Below are positions 18,027 through 29,716 of a stretch of DNA of 62,848 nucleotides, one piece after another. The stretch is taken from assembly GCA_036149055.1 (NCBI GenBank), contig JAYZQJ010000198.1, positions 1-62,848 of the forward strand. The letters are read 5' to 3'. Positions within the stretch are counted from its first letter, which is position 1. The number at the start of each line of letters is the position of its first letter. The position numbers were made by a program, and so were the translations under genes. The notes under the pieces were generated by a model. The model saw only the letters and a program-made list of their open reading frames with translations. It ran no database searches and was not told the origin of the DNA. This stretch comes from Myxococcota bacterium (GTDB lineage Bacteria; Myxococcota_A; Polyangia; Polyangiales; Sandaracinaceae).

Positions 18027-19612
18027 GCCGCGGCGGCTTCGGCCTTGGCGGGGACGCGGCTCATCGCGCGCTCGGCGAGCGCGGTGATGGTGAGCGAGGG
18101 GTTCACGCCCGGGTTGGCGCTGACGGCGGAGCCGTCGATCACGTAGAGGCCGTCGTAGCCGAAGACCCGGTGGTCCTTGTCGATCACGCCGTCGGCCGCG
18201 GTCTCGCCCATGCAGCAGCCGCCGAGGATGTGGGCGGTGGAGGGGACGCCGAGCAGGGTCTCGGTGAACATCGTCGCCGCGACGCCGCCGACCTTCTTCG
18301 CGAAGCGGCGGGCCAGATCGGTCGCCTCCTCCATGAACGCGCTGGGCGCCTGGGTCGGATCGTCGAGCACCGTCACCAGCCCCTTGCGGAAGCCGGTCCA
18401 GGTGTTGCGCCCGAGCTTCATGGTGATCGTGCCCTCGAGCGTGCGCATGTAGAGCAGGATCTGCCCCGCCTTCGCGTAGTCCTTCACCGTGTAGGCCTTG
18501 GCCCAGCGGAGCGGGTGCTTGGCGAAGCCGCGCAGCGCGCTCGCGAGCCGGCTGAAGACGGTGCTCCCCGGCGAGTGCGGCAGGGTCAGCAGGCGGAAGA
18601 AGCCGCTGCCCGCGCCGTAGCGCACCGGCTCGATGTGGCTGTGCTCGTCGGTGTGCAGGATCGAGGTGATCGCGACGCCCCTGGAGAAGTCGATCTCCTC
18701 GTCGGGCGCGACGACGCCGAAGAGCGCCTCGCTGTTGGTGCGCACGTCGCGGCCGAGCCGCTCGCTCAGCCGCGGGAGGCCCTTCGGATCCTCCTTCAGC
18801 TGCAGCAGCAGCGGCAGCGTGCCCATGACCCCGCCGGCGAAGACGACGCGGTCGGCGGTGAAGTCGCGCTTCTTCTTGTCGAAGCTGCCGCGGGTCTCGA
18901 TGTGATAGCCGCCGCCCTCGCGCTCGCGCACGTGGGTCACCTCGGTCTCCGCCTCCACCACGCAGCCGAGCTGCTCGGCGAGGTAGAGGTAGTTGTGGTC
19001 GAGCGTGTTCTTCGCGCCGACCCGGCACCCGGTCATGCACGCGCCGCAGTAGTTGCAGCCCACCCGGTCGGGGCCCTTCCCCTCGAAGTAGGGGTCGGGG
19101 ACCCGCTCGTCGGGCTTGCCGAAGAACACGCCGACCTCCGTCGGGTGGAAGTGCTCCTCGCGCCCCATGTCCTTCGCGATCTCCTTCAGCACCTGGTCGC
19201 CCTTGGTGGTGACCGGCACCTCGGCCGCGCCGAGCATGTGGCGCGCCATCTCGTAGTGCGGCGCCAGCTCCTTCTTCCAGTCGGCGAGGCGCGCCCACGA
19301 CTTCGCCTGGAAGAAGCCGAGCTTGGGCGTCGGCAGGGTGTTCGCGTAGGTCAGCGAGCCGCCGCCGACCCCGACCCCGTGGAAGATCGTGACGTGCTCG
19401 AAGAACGACATCTGGAAGATGCCCTTCATGCCCATCGCCGGCATCCAGAGCCAGCGGGGCAGATCCCAGTTGGTCTTCGGGAAGTCCTCCGGCCGGAAGC
19501 GCTTGCCCTTCTCGAGCACGGCCACCCGGTAGCCCTTCTCCGAGAGGCGCAGCGCCGAGACGCTCCCGCCGAAGCCCGAGCCGATGACGATCCAGTCGTA
19601 ATGAGCAGTCAT
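18023..19612 (-). CDS. choD: GMC oxidoreductase, cholesterol oxidase ChoD-like
   Basis: IVIGSGFGGSVSALRLSEKGY, GVGGGSLTYAN, CNYCGACMTGC, KNTLDHNYL, TAHILGG, NPGVNPSLTITALAERA. Confidence 0.9.
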   Translation of the reverse strand: MTAHYDWIVIGSGFGGSVSALRLSEKGYRVAVLEKGKRFRPEDFPKTNWDLPRWLWMPAMGMKGIFQMSFFEHVTIFHGVGVGGGSLTYANTLPTPKLGFFQAKSWARLADWKKELAPHYEMARHMLGAAEVPVTTKGDQVLKEIAKDMGREEHFHPTEVGVFFGKPDERVPDPYFEGKGPDRVGCNYCGACMTGCRVGAKNTLDHNYLYLAEQLGCVVEAETEVTHVREREGGGYHIETRGSFDKKKRDFTADRVVFAGGVMGTLPLLLQLKEDPKGLPRLSERLGRDVRTNSEALFGVVAPDEEIDFSRGVAITSILHTDEHSHIEPVRYGAGSGFFRLLTLPHSPGSTVFSRLASALRGFAKHPLRWAKAYTVKDYAKAGQILLYMRTLEGTITMKLGRNTWTGFRKGLVTVLDDPTQAPSAFMEEATDLARRFAKKVGGVAATMFTETLLGVPSTAHILGGCCMGETAADGVIDKDHRVFGYDGLYVIDGSAVSANPGVNPSLTITALAERAMSRVPAKAEAAAA

Positions 19613-19694
19613 TCAGCGGCCGAGTGTAGGGTCCCTGACCGGCCGCGTCGATTCGCCGCTCGCCGACCCCTCGACGCCGACCTACCCTCCGGGC

Positions 19695-20306
19695 GTGTCC
19701 ACCGAGACGCTCGCGCTCGCCGAACGCGGCGACCCCCTCGATCACGGGGGCCGCATCGTGGAGCACTTCCGCGTGGACGCGAGCCGGCGGCTGGTCTTCG
19801 CGCTCGGGCTGGGCTCGCTGGTGATGACGCTGGGCTCGCTCGCGATGGCGGCGGCGCTCCTCTTCATGCGCGTCGACGGTGAGGTCCCGCTCCACGCGCG
19901 CGCCATGCCGCTCCGCGGGGCGCCGGCGTCGGGGCCCGTCCTGAGCGCGCCCGACGATCCGATCGAGCTGCGCTTCTCCTGGTGGGAGGTCACCTTCGGC
20001 GTGCTCGGGCTCGCGAGCATCGCCGGCGGCGGCGGCTTCGCCATCTACCGCCTCCACCGCGTGCTGCAGGAGGAGAGCTACCTCGCGCTCCGCACCGACG
20101 GCGCCTACTTCTGCACCGACGCCGAGCGCTCGCTCGTGCGCTGGGAGGACGTCGCCGCGGTGCGCGCCGAGGGGCACGCCGTGGTCTTCGAGCGACACGA
20201 CGGCGACGACTGGGTCCGCGAGGAGCGCTTCGCCGGCGTCGACGCCGCGGCCCTCGCCAAGCGCGCCTCCGAGGTCCGCCGCAAGGCGCTCTTCGGCCTC
20301 CTCTGA
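19695..20306 (+). CDS. Hypothetical two-TM membrane protein with PH-like C-terminus
   Basis: Two hydrophobic segments; codon bias; TACCCT 6 nt before GTG. Confidence 0.7.
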   Translation: MSTETLALAERGDPLDHGGRIVEHFRVDASRRLVFALGLGSLVMTLGSLAMAAALLFMRVDGEVPLHARAMPLRGAPASGPVLSAPDDPIELRFSWWEVTFGVLGLASIAGGGGFAIYRLHRVLQEESYLALRTDGAYFCTDAERSLVRWEDVAAVRAEGHAVVFERHDGDDWVREERFAGVDAAALAKRASEVRRKALFGLL

Positions 20307-20414
20307 CGCGCGTCCCCGGACCCGCGTCCGCGCGCTCGAACGGCGGCGGCGCCCTCGATCCTCGGGCTCTCGTGGGCACATGCGTGCCGTGGGCCGACGG
20401 CCGGGGAGGGCGAC

Positions 20415-22094
20415 ATGGACGAGATCTTCAGCGGGGGCGTGGTCGGGCTGGTGACGGCGGCGATCATCCTGGTGGTGGGCTGGCTGCTGGCGATCGTGCT
20501 GTCGGCGGTCACCCGGAAGGCGCTGCGCCGCACGTCGCTCGACGACCGGATCGCGGACGCCCTGGTCGGGCCCGGTCGCGCGGCCGACGTCGACGCAGCC
20601 CGGGTCGGCGGGCGCATCGTCTACTACACGGTGCTGCTCTTCACCGCGCTCGCCTTCTTCCAGTCGCTGTCGCTCACCGCGGCGGCGCGGCCGATCAACG
20701 CGATGCTCGACTCGGTCTTCGCCTTCCTGCCTCGCCTGCTCGGCGCGGTGGCGATCGGCGCGGTGGCCTACCTGGTGGCCACGCTGGCGCGGCGGGTCGT
20801 CCGGGCCGCGGCCGAGCGCTGGGAGGTCGACGCGCGGCTCCGGCGCGTACTGGACGGAGAGGCCCCGGACGGCGGAGCGAGCCCGCCGAGCGCCCGCGGC
20901 CCCGTCACCACGACGCTCGAGGGACCCCAGGTCGCCCCCGCCCCGGGCGGCGTCGTCGACCACGCGGTCGTCGAGCCGCAGGTCGCCGAGCCGCAGGTCG
21001 CCGAGCAGCCGGGCACCGACAACGAAGCCGCCGAGAAGCGAGGCGTCGGCGCGACCCTGGCCGACGTCGCCTTCTGGCTGGTGATGCTGCTCTTCGTGCC
21101 CGCGATCCTCGGCACGCTGCAGATGCAAGGCATCCTGGCGCCGGTCGAGGGCATGATGGACGACCTGCTCGCCTTCCTCCCGCGGCTGGCCAGCGCGGCG
21201 CTCATCTTCGGGGTCGGCTTCTTCGTCGCCCGGATCCTGCAGCGCGTGGTGTCCGGCGTGGCCCGGAGCGCCGGCCTCGATCGGCTCAGCGTCCGGACCG
21301 GCATCGAGCGCGCCCTCGGCGGTCGATCCCTCGCCGCGCTCCTCGGGGTCGTCGTCTTCGCGCTGGTGCTCCTGCCGGTGGCGATCGCCGCGCTCGACGC
21401 CCTCGCGCTCGAGTCCGTCACCACCCCCGCGACGAGCATGCTGCACGCCATCTTCGGCGCGGTGCCGCTCGTCTTCGCGGCGGCGCTCCTGCTCGGGATC
21501 GCGTACCTGGTCGCCCGGCTCTGCGCGAGCCTGGTGGAGAACGTGGCCTCGGCGGCCGGCTTCGACGCGATCCCCGAGCGGCTCGGCCTCCGCCCGCGGC
21601 CCGAGGGGGCGACGACGCCCTCGGCGATGCTCGGCAAGCTGACCCTCGTCGCGATCGTGTACTTCGCGGCGATGGAGGCGGCGCGGCTCGTCGGCTTCGA
21701 GACCCTGGCCGGGCTCGCGGCGGAGCTGGCGACGCTGGCCGGGCACATCCTGCTCGGCCTCGCGATCCTCGGGGTCGGCCTCTACCTCGCGAACCTCGCC
21801 GCGAGCTTCATCGAGCGCAGCGAGGCGCCCCACACCCGGGCGCTCGCGATCGCCGCGCGGATCACGATCCTCGTGCTGGTCGCGGCGATGGCGCTCCGGC
21901 AGATGGGCATCGCCAACGAGATCGTGGAGCTCGCGTTCGGCCTGACCCTCGGCGCGGTGGCGGTGGCCGGCGCGCTGGCCTTCGGGCTCGGTGGGCGAAA
22001 CGCGGCGGGTCGCCTGCTCGACGAGGCCTGGCGCAAGCTCGACCGCCGGGAGACCTACGCGCCGCCGGCCGCCGAGCCGGGCGTGGCCGAGTGA
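20415..22094 (+). CDS. Conserved TM-helix repeat / mechanosensitive-channel-like membrane protein
   Basis: Repeated FLPRLxxA..IxxVG..VA modules; ALRQMGIANEIVELAFGLTLGAVAVAGALAFGLGGR; SD GGGAGGG. Confidence 0.85.
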   Translation: MDEIFSGGVVGLVTAAIILVVGWLLAIVLSAVTRKALRRTSLDDRIADALVGPGRAADVDAARVGGRIVYYTVLLFTALAFFQSLSLTAAARPINAMLDSVFAFLPRLLGAVAIGAVAYLVATLARRVVRAAAERWEVDARLRRVLDGEAPDGGASPPSARGPVTTTLEGPQVAPAPGGVVDHAVVEPQVAEPQVAEQPGTDNEAAEKRGVGATLADVAFWLVMLLFVPAILGTLQMQGILAPVEGMMDDLLAFLPRLASAALIFGVGFFVARILQRVVSGVARSAGLDRLSVRTGIERALGGRSLAALLGVVVFALVLLPVAIAALDALALESVTTPATSMLHAIFGAVPLVFAAALLLGIAYLVARLCASLVENVASAAGFDAIPERLGLRPRPEGATTPSAMLGKLTLVAIVYFAAMEAARLVGFETLAGLAAELATLAGHILLGLAILGVGLYLANLAASFIERSEAPHTRALAIAARITILVLVAAMALRQMGIANEIVELAFGLTLGAVAVAGALAFGLGGRNAAGRLLDEAWRKLDRRETYAPPAAEPGVAE

Positions 22095-22334
22095 ATCGCC
22101 GTCGGTGACATTTGCGATGCGACAGGGTGACGTCGCGGCGCCGAGCCGGGATGTTACCGTCGTTTGATCATCACAGGTGGTGTTGACAGTTCCCCTACGG
22201 TTTTCCCGCCGGGATGGATAGGTCGAGTCGGGCTGTCTTCGACGAACGCGAGTCCCCCTTCCGAGCGAGGCGGCACGCCACGTGCTCACGCGCGCACCCG
22301 AGGCGCGGGTGCGTCCTCTCGGAAAGGATCCGAC

Positions 22335-25300
22335 GTGAGCTGTTCGAAGACACTGCATCGATCACTTCTCGCCTCGCTCTGGATCGGGCTGGGGCTGTTG
22401 CCGTTGTCGGCACCCACCCCCGCTCGGGCCCAGGCCACGCTGCGGACCTGCGCCGGCGGCGGGTTCGGGATGGCTCTGGACGCGAGCTTCACCAACTCGG
22501 GCATCTCCCGCTCGCCACGGGACGACGGGTCCCACCTCGTGCCGGAGGCGACCATTCGAGAGGTCTTCGGCCCCTCGGGCGTCCCGTTCAGCACGGCCGG
22601 CACCCGGGTGTTCGTGAACGTCAACGGCACCGTCTCGTTCGGCGACCCGATCTACACGTACACGCCGACCGCGATCCCCGGGCTGACCACCCCCGCGGTG
22701 GCCGGCTACTTCGCCGACGTCGACCTGCGGGACCACCAGCGGCTCCTGCTCCCCGACATCCCGAACCCGGGCACCGTCTACCTCTGCGTCGAGTCCGACG
22801 GGGACGCGTCGACGATCACGCCCGGCGACCTGGTGATGGTCACCTGGGAGGACGTCACCTACTACAACTCGAGCAACGGCTTCGACGCGAGCCAGCTCTC
22901 GAGCTTCCAGATCATCCTCAGCGTGCCCGCGGCCACCTGCGGCTCGGCGCCCGGCACCGAGGGCGTGGACGTGGAGTTCCGCTACGCGGAGCTGACCTGG
23001 ACGACCGGTGACGCGAGCGGCGGCAGCCGCGGCTTCGGCGGCACGCCCGCCACCGCCGGCCTCGACGACGGCGACGGCACCGCCCAGGCGCTGCCCGGCT
23101 CCGGCACCGCGAGCGTCACCATGCTGACCTCGCTCTCGAACGTGGGCGAGCCCGGCGTGTTCCGCATCCGCTCGTGGGGCGGCGCGCTGCCCAACTGCGG
23201 CAACGGCAGCCTCGACGTGTGCGAGGTGTGCGACGGGACGATGCTCTCGAGCGGCGTCTCCTGCCCGTCCGGCTACACCGGCACCCCGCTCTGCAACAAC
23301 GACCCGGCCCACCCGTCGGGCGACGGCACCTGCACGGTCAGCCCCGTGCCCGCCGGCTGCATGGACGTCGACGAGTGCGCCGCGGGGACCGCGACGTGCA
23401 GCGCGATGGCGAGCTGCACCAACACCGACGGCTCCTTCGAGTGCGCGTGCCGCGCCGGCTTCACCGGCGACGGGACCGACTGCTACGCGCTGGTGATCTC
23501 GTCCCCGGCCGACGGGGCGCGCGTGTCCGACGCCACCCCGACGATCAGCGGCACCGCCGAGCCGGGCGCCGAGATCGTCGTCTACGTCGACGGCACGGAG
23601 GTCGGTCGCACCATGGCCGACGCCTCGGGCGCCTGGAGCTTCACCGCTCCGGACCCGCTCGCGGCCGGCGCCCACACCGTGCGCGTCGACGCGAACGGCG
23701 CGCGCGGCTCCTCCGCCACCGCCTCGATCGACGTGACCATCGATCTGACCACCATGGTGACGATCACCGAGCCCACCGCGGGCGGCACCATCGGCGACGC
23801 CTCGCCGCGGATCGCCGGCCGCGCTGAGCCGGGCGCCACCGTGGTCGTCGAGGTCGACGGCGTCATGGTCGCGACCGTGACCGCCGACGCGACCGGAGCC
23901 TGGGAGACCACGCTCACCGCCCCGCTCGCGGACGGCGCGCACACCGTCGAGGTGACCGCGACCGACGACGCGGGCAACACCGCCACCGACGACATCACCT
24001 TCACCGTGGACTCCTCGGTGCCGATGCTCGACATCGTGCAGCCCGCCAACATGGGCTTCACGAACGCGGCCCGGCCGACCGTCACGGGGACCGCCGACCC
24101 GGGCGCCACCGTCGAGATCTCGGTCGACGGAACGGTGCTCGGCACGGTCATGGCCGACGCCACCGGAAACTGGAGCTTCCCGGTCGACACCGATCTCGCC
24201 GAGGGCGAGCACACCGTCACCGCGTCGACCTCGAACGCGGCCGGGCGCACCGCCAGCGACACCCACACCTTCACCGTGGACACCACCCCGCCGGAGCTGA
24301 CGCTCACCGCGCCGGAGGAGGGGGAGCGCCTCGACACCGCGCGGCCCGTCTTCCGCGGCACCGGTGAGCCCGGCGCGCTCGTCGAGATCCTCGTCGACGG
24401 CGTGGTCGTGGGCAGCGTGGTCGTCGGCGACGACGGCACCTGGAGCTACACCCCCGACGCCGACATCGCCGACGGGAGCCACACCGTCGAGGCGCGCGCC
24501 ACCGACGCGGCCGGCAACCAGGCGAGCGAGTCCCGCGACGTCGTCGTGGACACGAGCGCGTCCGGTGAGGACGACGTCTCCATCGTGTCGCCGACCGACG
24601 GCGCGGAGCTCGGCGTCGACCCGCCGACCATCGCGGGCACCGCGGCGCCCGGCGCGACGATCGAGATCCGGATCGACGGCGTGCTCGTCGCGACGGTGAC
24701 CGCCGACGTCGAGGGGCGCTGGAGCTACACCCCCGACGCCCCGCTCGGCGACGGCGAGCACGTCGTGGTGGTCACCGCGACGAGCCCGTCCGGCGCGATG
24801 TCGACCGACAGCGTGCGATTCGACGTGATGGACGGCGCCGCCACCGGCGACCGGGACGGCGACGGAGTGCCGGACGCCACCGAGTGCCCGGAGGGGACCA
24901 CGCCCTGCCCGGACACCGACGGCGACGGAACGCCCGACGTGGCCGACCCGGACGACGACGGTGACGGCATCCCGACCGCGCTCGAGCGGCCGGACGGCAT
25001 GGACGTCGACACCGACGGCGACGGAACGCCCGACTACCTCGACGACGACGACGACGGCGACGGGATCCCGACCGTGGACGAGGCGCCCGGGGGCGCCGGC
25101 GTCGACACCGACGGCGACGGGATCCCCGATCACCGCGACGCGGACGACGACGGCGACACCCTCCTGACGCGCGACGAGCGCCCGATGGGGATGGACGTCG
25201 ACACCGACGGCGACGGAATCCCCGACCACCTCGACGACGACGACGACGGCGACGGGATCCCGACCGCCACGGAGCGCGCCGACGTGGGTCGCCACGGCGA

Positions 25301-25567
25301 TCCCGACGACGACGACGTCCCGGCGTGGCTCGACACGGACTCGGACGGCGACGGCCGGCCCGACGCCGAGGAGGGCCGCGACGACGACGACGGGGACGGC
25401 ATCCCGAACTACCTCGATCCCGACGGACAGGGCCCCGGCAGCCTCGGTGGCCTCACCGGCGGCGCGGGCTGCGCGGTCTCGCCCTCGCGGGCGCCGGCCG
25501 GTGGCGCGCTGCTGCTCCTGCTCGCCCTCGCCGCGCTGGTCGTGCGTCGCCGTGAGGGAGGTGCGCG

Positions 25568-25571
<4 letters not shown>
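22335..25571 (+). CDS. Large surface adhesin: NIDO-like head, EGF_CA, five bacterial Ig-like repeats, DTDGDG Ca-binding repeats, MYXO-CTERM
   Basis: FVNVNGTVSFG, YFADVD, VTWEDV, FRYAELTWTTG; DVDECAAG..CTNTDGSFECAC; SGTAEPGA..VDG..GxWS; GGAGCAV..LLLLLALAALVVRRR; start GTG inferred. Confidence 0.88.
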
Positions 25572-27322
<1,751 letters not shown>

Positions 27323-27361
27323 CCGACCGGCCGCGGAGGCCGCGCTCGCGCGCCTCCGCGG

Positions 27362-28285
27362 CTACACCGCCTCCAGGAAGCGGCGGACCGTCGCCCAGAA
27401 CGCCTCGCGCCCGGAGGCCTCCACGCGCGGGATGTGATGAGCCCCGGGGAGGTGCACCGCCTCGGCCGGGCCTCCGTAGGTCTCGGCGAGGTCGCGCGCG
27501 TCCGCCTCCGAGACCAGCGGATCCTCCGCGCCGCGGATCACCAGCCCCGGCACCTTCGCTCCGGAAGGATCGAAGTAGGGCAGGTCGAGCACCGCGATCA
27601 TCGGCGCGGCCGCGTACGTGCCGGGCTGGGTCTTCATCGCCCACGTCGCCACCGCCTCCGTCATCGGCTGGACCAGCGGCCCCCAGATCTCCTCCCCGAC
27701 CGGGAGGTAGCCGTCCGGGAGCCCGTCGAGGATGCCGCGCCACTCCGGCGCCCGCGCCATCTGGTCGATCGCGGGCGTGGGATCGCGGAAGAGGGTCGAG
27801 ACGATCACGCACGAGCGGACGAGCGTCGGATCGCTCGCGAGCTGCGTGCCGATCGCCGCCCCCCAGCTCTCCCCGAGCACGTCGACCGGCGGGTAGCCGC
27901 GCATCGCGCAGAGCTTCGCCACCGCCTCCCGCAGGGCCGCGGCGTTGCGGGCCGCCGTGCAGGCGCGTCCGTCCACGAGGCGCTCGCTGTCGCCCGTGCC
28001 GAGCAGGTCGACGGTCAAGGCCACGCAGCCCATCTCGGACAGCACCGTGGCGTCGTCGTAGCCGGCGACCGGGATGCGGAAGAACGAGCCGACCGCGACC
28101 GGCCCCGGCAGGAGCAGCACCGCGCGCCGCGGGGCCCGCACCCAGGCGCCGCGCCCGATGTGCTCGCGGATCCGCAGCCGCCCGTGCGTGGTCTCGACGT
28201 CGTGCGTCACGGTCACGATCGGCACGTCGTCGGCGGTGCGCTGGCTCGGGCGCTCGAGCGCCTGGGTGATCTCGTCGTTGGTCAT
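27362..28285 (-). CDS. Alpha/beta hydrolase
   Basis: DLLGTGDS, nucleophile GESWG, IRGAEDPLV, PGAHH. Confidence 0.85.
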   Translation of the reverse strand: MTNDEITQALERPSQRTADDVPIVTVTHDVETTHGRLRIREHIGRGAWVRAPRRAVLLLPGPVAVGSFFRIPVAGYDDATVLSEMGCVALTVDLLGTGDSERLVDGRACTAARNAAALREAVAKLCAMRGYPPVDVLGESWGAAIGTQLASDPTLVRSCVIVSTLFRDPTPAIDQMARAPEWRGILDGLPDGYLPVGEEIWGPLVQPMTEAVATWAMKTQPGTYAAAPMIAVLDLPYFDPSGAKVPGLVIRGAEDPLVSEADARDLAETYGGPAEAVHLPGAHHIPRVEASGREAFWATVRRFLEAV

Positions 28286-28413
28286 CGTCGCTCCCGGTCG
28301 ACGCTACGCAGCACCACCTCGGGCCTCCATACGCATCGCGACACCGCGCGTACGCAGACCGTGGCGCCTGCTATGGTGGAGGCGCGGAGGGGGTGCGCTC
28401 CGCGCGGTACCGG

Positions 28414-29448
28414 ATGCACGCCACCACCACCCTGCACATCCTCGATCTGCTGGAGAGCGCTTATCGTCTCGATCTCGACGACGACGCCTGGATGGGGGCG
28501 CTGCTCGAGGAGGCGCGCCCGGCGCTCGACCGCGGGCTCGGGCTCAGCGGCTACTTCGTCGACGCGTCGGCGCCCGACTCGTTCGAGGCCTGGGGCTTCG
28601 GCTGCGCGGGCATGGACGAGCGGGAGGAGCGGGGCCGCTGGGAGCTCTGGAGCGCGCACGCGCCGGTCGCGCTGAAGCGGCACGCGCACCTCCACGCGCC
28701 GGTCGGGTACGCGAGCCAGCTCCCGCCGGGCAACGTGGCCAGGAAGGCGATCGAGCAGAGCTTCGAGCTGACCGATCGCGCCGACGTGCTCGGGATCTCG
28801 GCGATCGACGCGCACGGCGTGGGCTGCGCGCTGGCGGTGCCCGATCCCGTGCGCCAGACGCGTCGACCGCGGAGCGTCGAGCGGCGGGTCTGGGAGCGCA
28901 CGGCGGCGCACCTCGCGGGGGCGCTGCGGCTCCGGCGGCGCCTGCGCGAGGCGCCGTCGCTCGGCGAGGCGATCCTCGATCCCTCGGGCCGGGTGGAGCA
29001 CGCGGAGGACGTCGCGAAGCCGGCCGCGGCGCGGGAGCGGCTGCGGGAGGCGGCGCTGCGCTTCGACCAGGCGCGGGTGCGCGGCGAGGCGCAGGATCCC
29101 CTCGAGGTCACCGCCCAGTGGCGCGCGCTGGTGGCGGGGCGCTGGACGCTGGTCGACGAGTTCGACCGGGACGGGCGCCGCTACATCGTGGCGCGCCCCA
29201 ACCGCCCGGCGCCCGATCCGCTGAAGAAGCTGTCGGCGCGCGAGACGCAGGTGGTGCGGGCGGCGGCCTTCGGGCACTCCAACAAGCTGATCGCCTACGA
29301 GCTCGGGGTGGCCCCCTCGACCGTCTCGGCGTGCCTGCGGCGCGCGGTCACCAAGCTCGGCGTGCGCGATCGCCTCGAGCTCATCCGTCTCTGCGCCGAG
29401 CGCTTCGGCGCTCCCCCGCCAGCGCCGCCAGCTCGCGGCGGGAGTTGA
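28414..29448 (+). CDS. LuxR-type HTH regulator with N-terminal sensor-like region
   Basis: LSARETQV..GHSNKLIAYELGVAPSTV. Confidence 0.85.
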   Translation: MHATTTLHILDLLESAYRLDLDDDAWMGALLEEARPALDRGLGLSGYFVDASAPDSFEAWGFGCAGMDEREERGRWELWSAHAPVALKRHAHLHAPVGYASQLPPGNVARKAIEQSFELTDRADVLGISAIDAHGVGCALAVPDPVRQTRRPRSVERRVWERTAAHLAGALRLRRRLREAPSLGEAILDPSGRVEHAEDVAKPAAARERLREAALRFDQARVRGEAQDPLEVTAQWRALVAGRWTLVDEFDRDGRRYIVARPNRPAPDPLKKLSARETQVVRAAAFGHSNKLIAYELGVAPSTVSACLRRAVTKLGVRDRLELIRLCAERFGAPPPAPPARGGS

Positions 29449-29716
29449 TCCCGAGCCGCCGGTAGATCTGCTCGAGCTGCTTGGCGACGGTGCGCGCCGA
29501 GGTGCCGCGCGCCGCCGCGATCTCCGCGTTCGTGCGACCTTCGAGCGCCCGCCAGGCGACCTCGGCCTGGGCCGGCGTGAGGCGCTCCGCGAGCGGCTCG
29601 ACCAGGGCGGCGGGCGGCCCCTCGGCGATCGGGTAGCTGAACACGACGAGCTCCTCCCCCGCGTGCTCGATCCGGGTGACCCGGGTGTCCTCGGGCGGCG
29701 CCTTCGGTCGCTTCAT
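29381..29716 (-). CDS. Small stand-alone LuxR-type HTH protein
   Basis: LTPAQAEV..GRTNAEIAAARGTSARTVAKQLEQIYRRLGINSR. Confidence 0.85.
   Translation of the reverse strand: MKRPKAPPEDTRVTRIEHAGEELVVFSYPIAEGPPAALVEPLAERLTPAQAEVAWRALEGRTNAEIAAARGTSARTVAKQLEQIYRRLGINSRRELAALAGERRSARRRDG

Noticed and set aside
22100..22334. Riboswitch in the adhesin leader (TTGACA at 22183, hairpins near 22294-22328)
   Set aside because: No recognisable aptamer consensus and no matching -10; needs an Rfam scan
18027..22358. N-terminal three quarters of the 1972-aa ORF
   Set aside because: Off-frame or antisense to choD and two membrane genes; only 16440-18026 looks coding
24845..25425. GACGGCGACGG-type DNA repeats (also 26515-26850 and 790-1240)
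   Set aside because: Explained by encoded DxDGDG calcium-binding repeats
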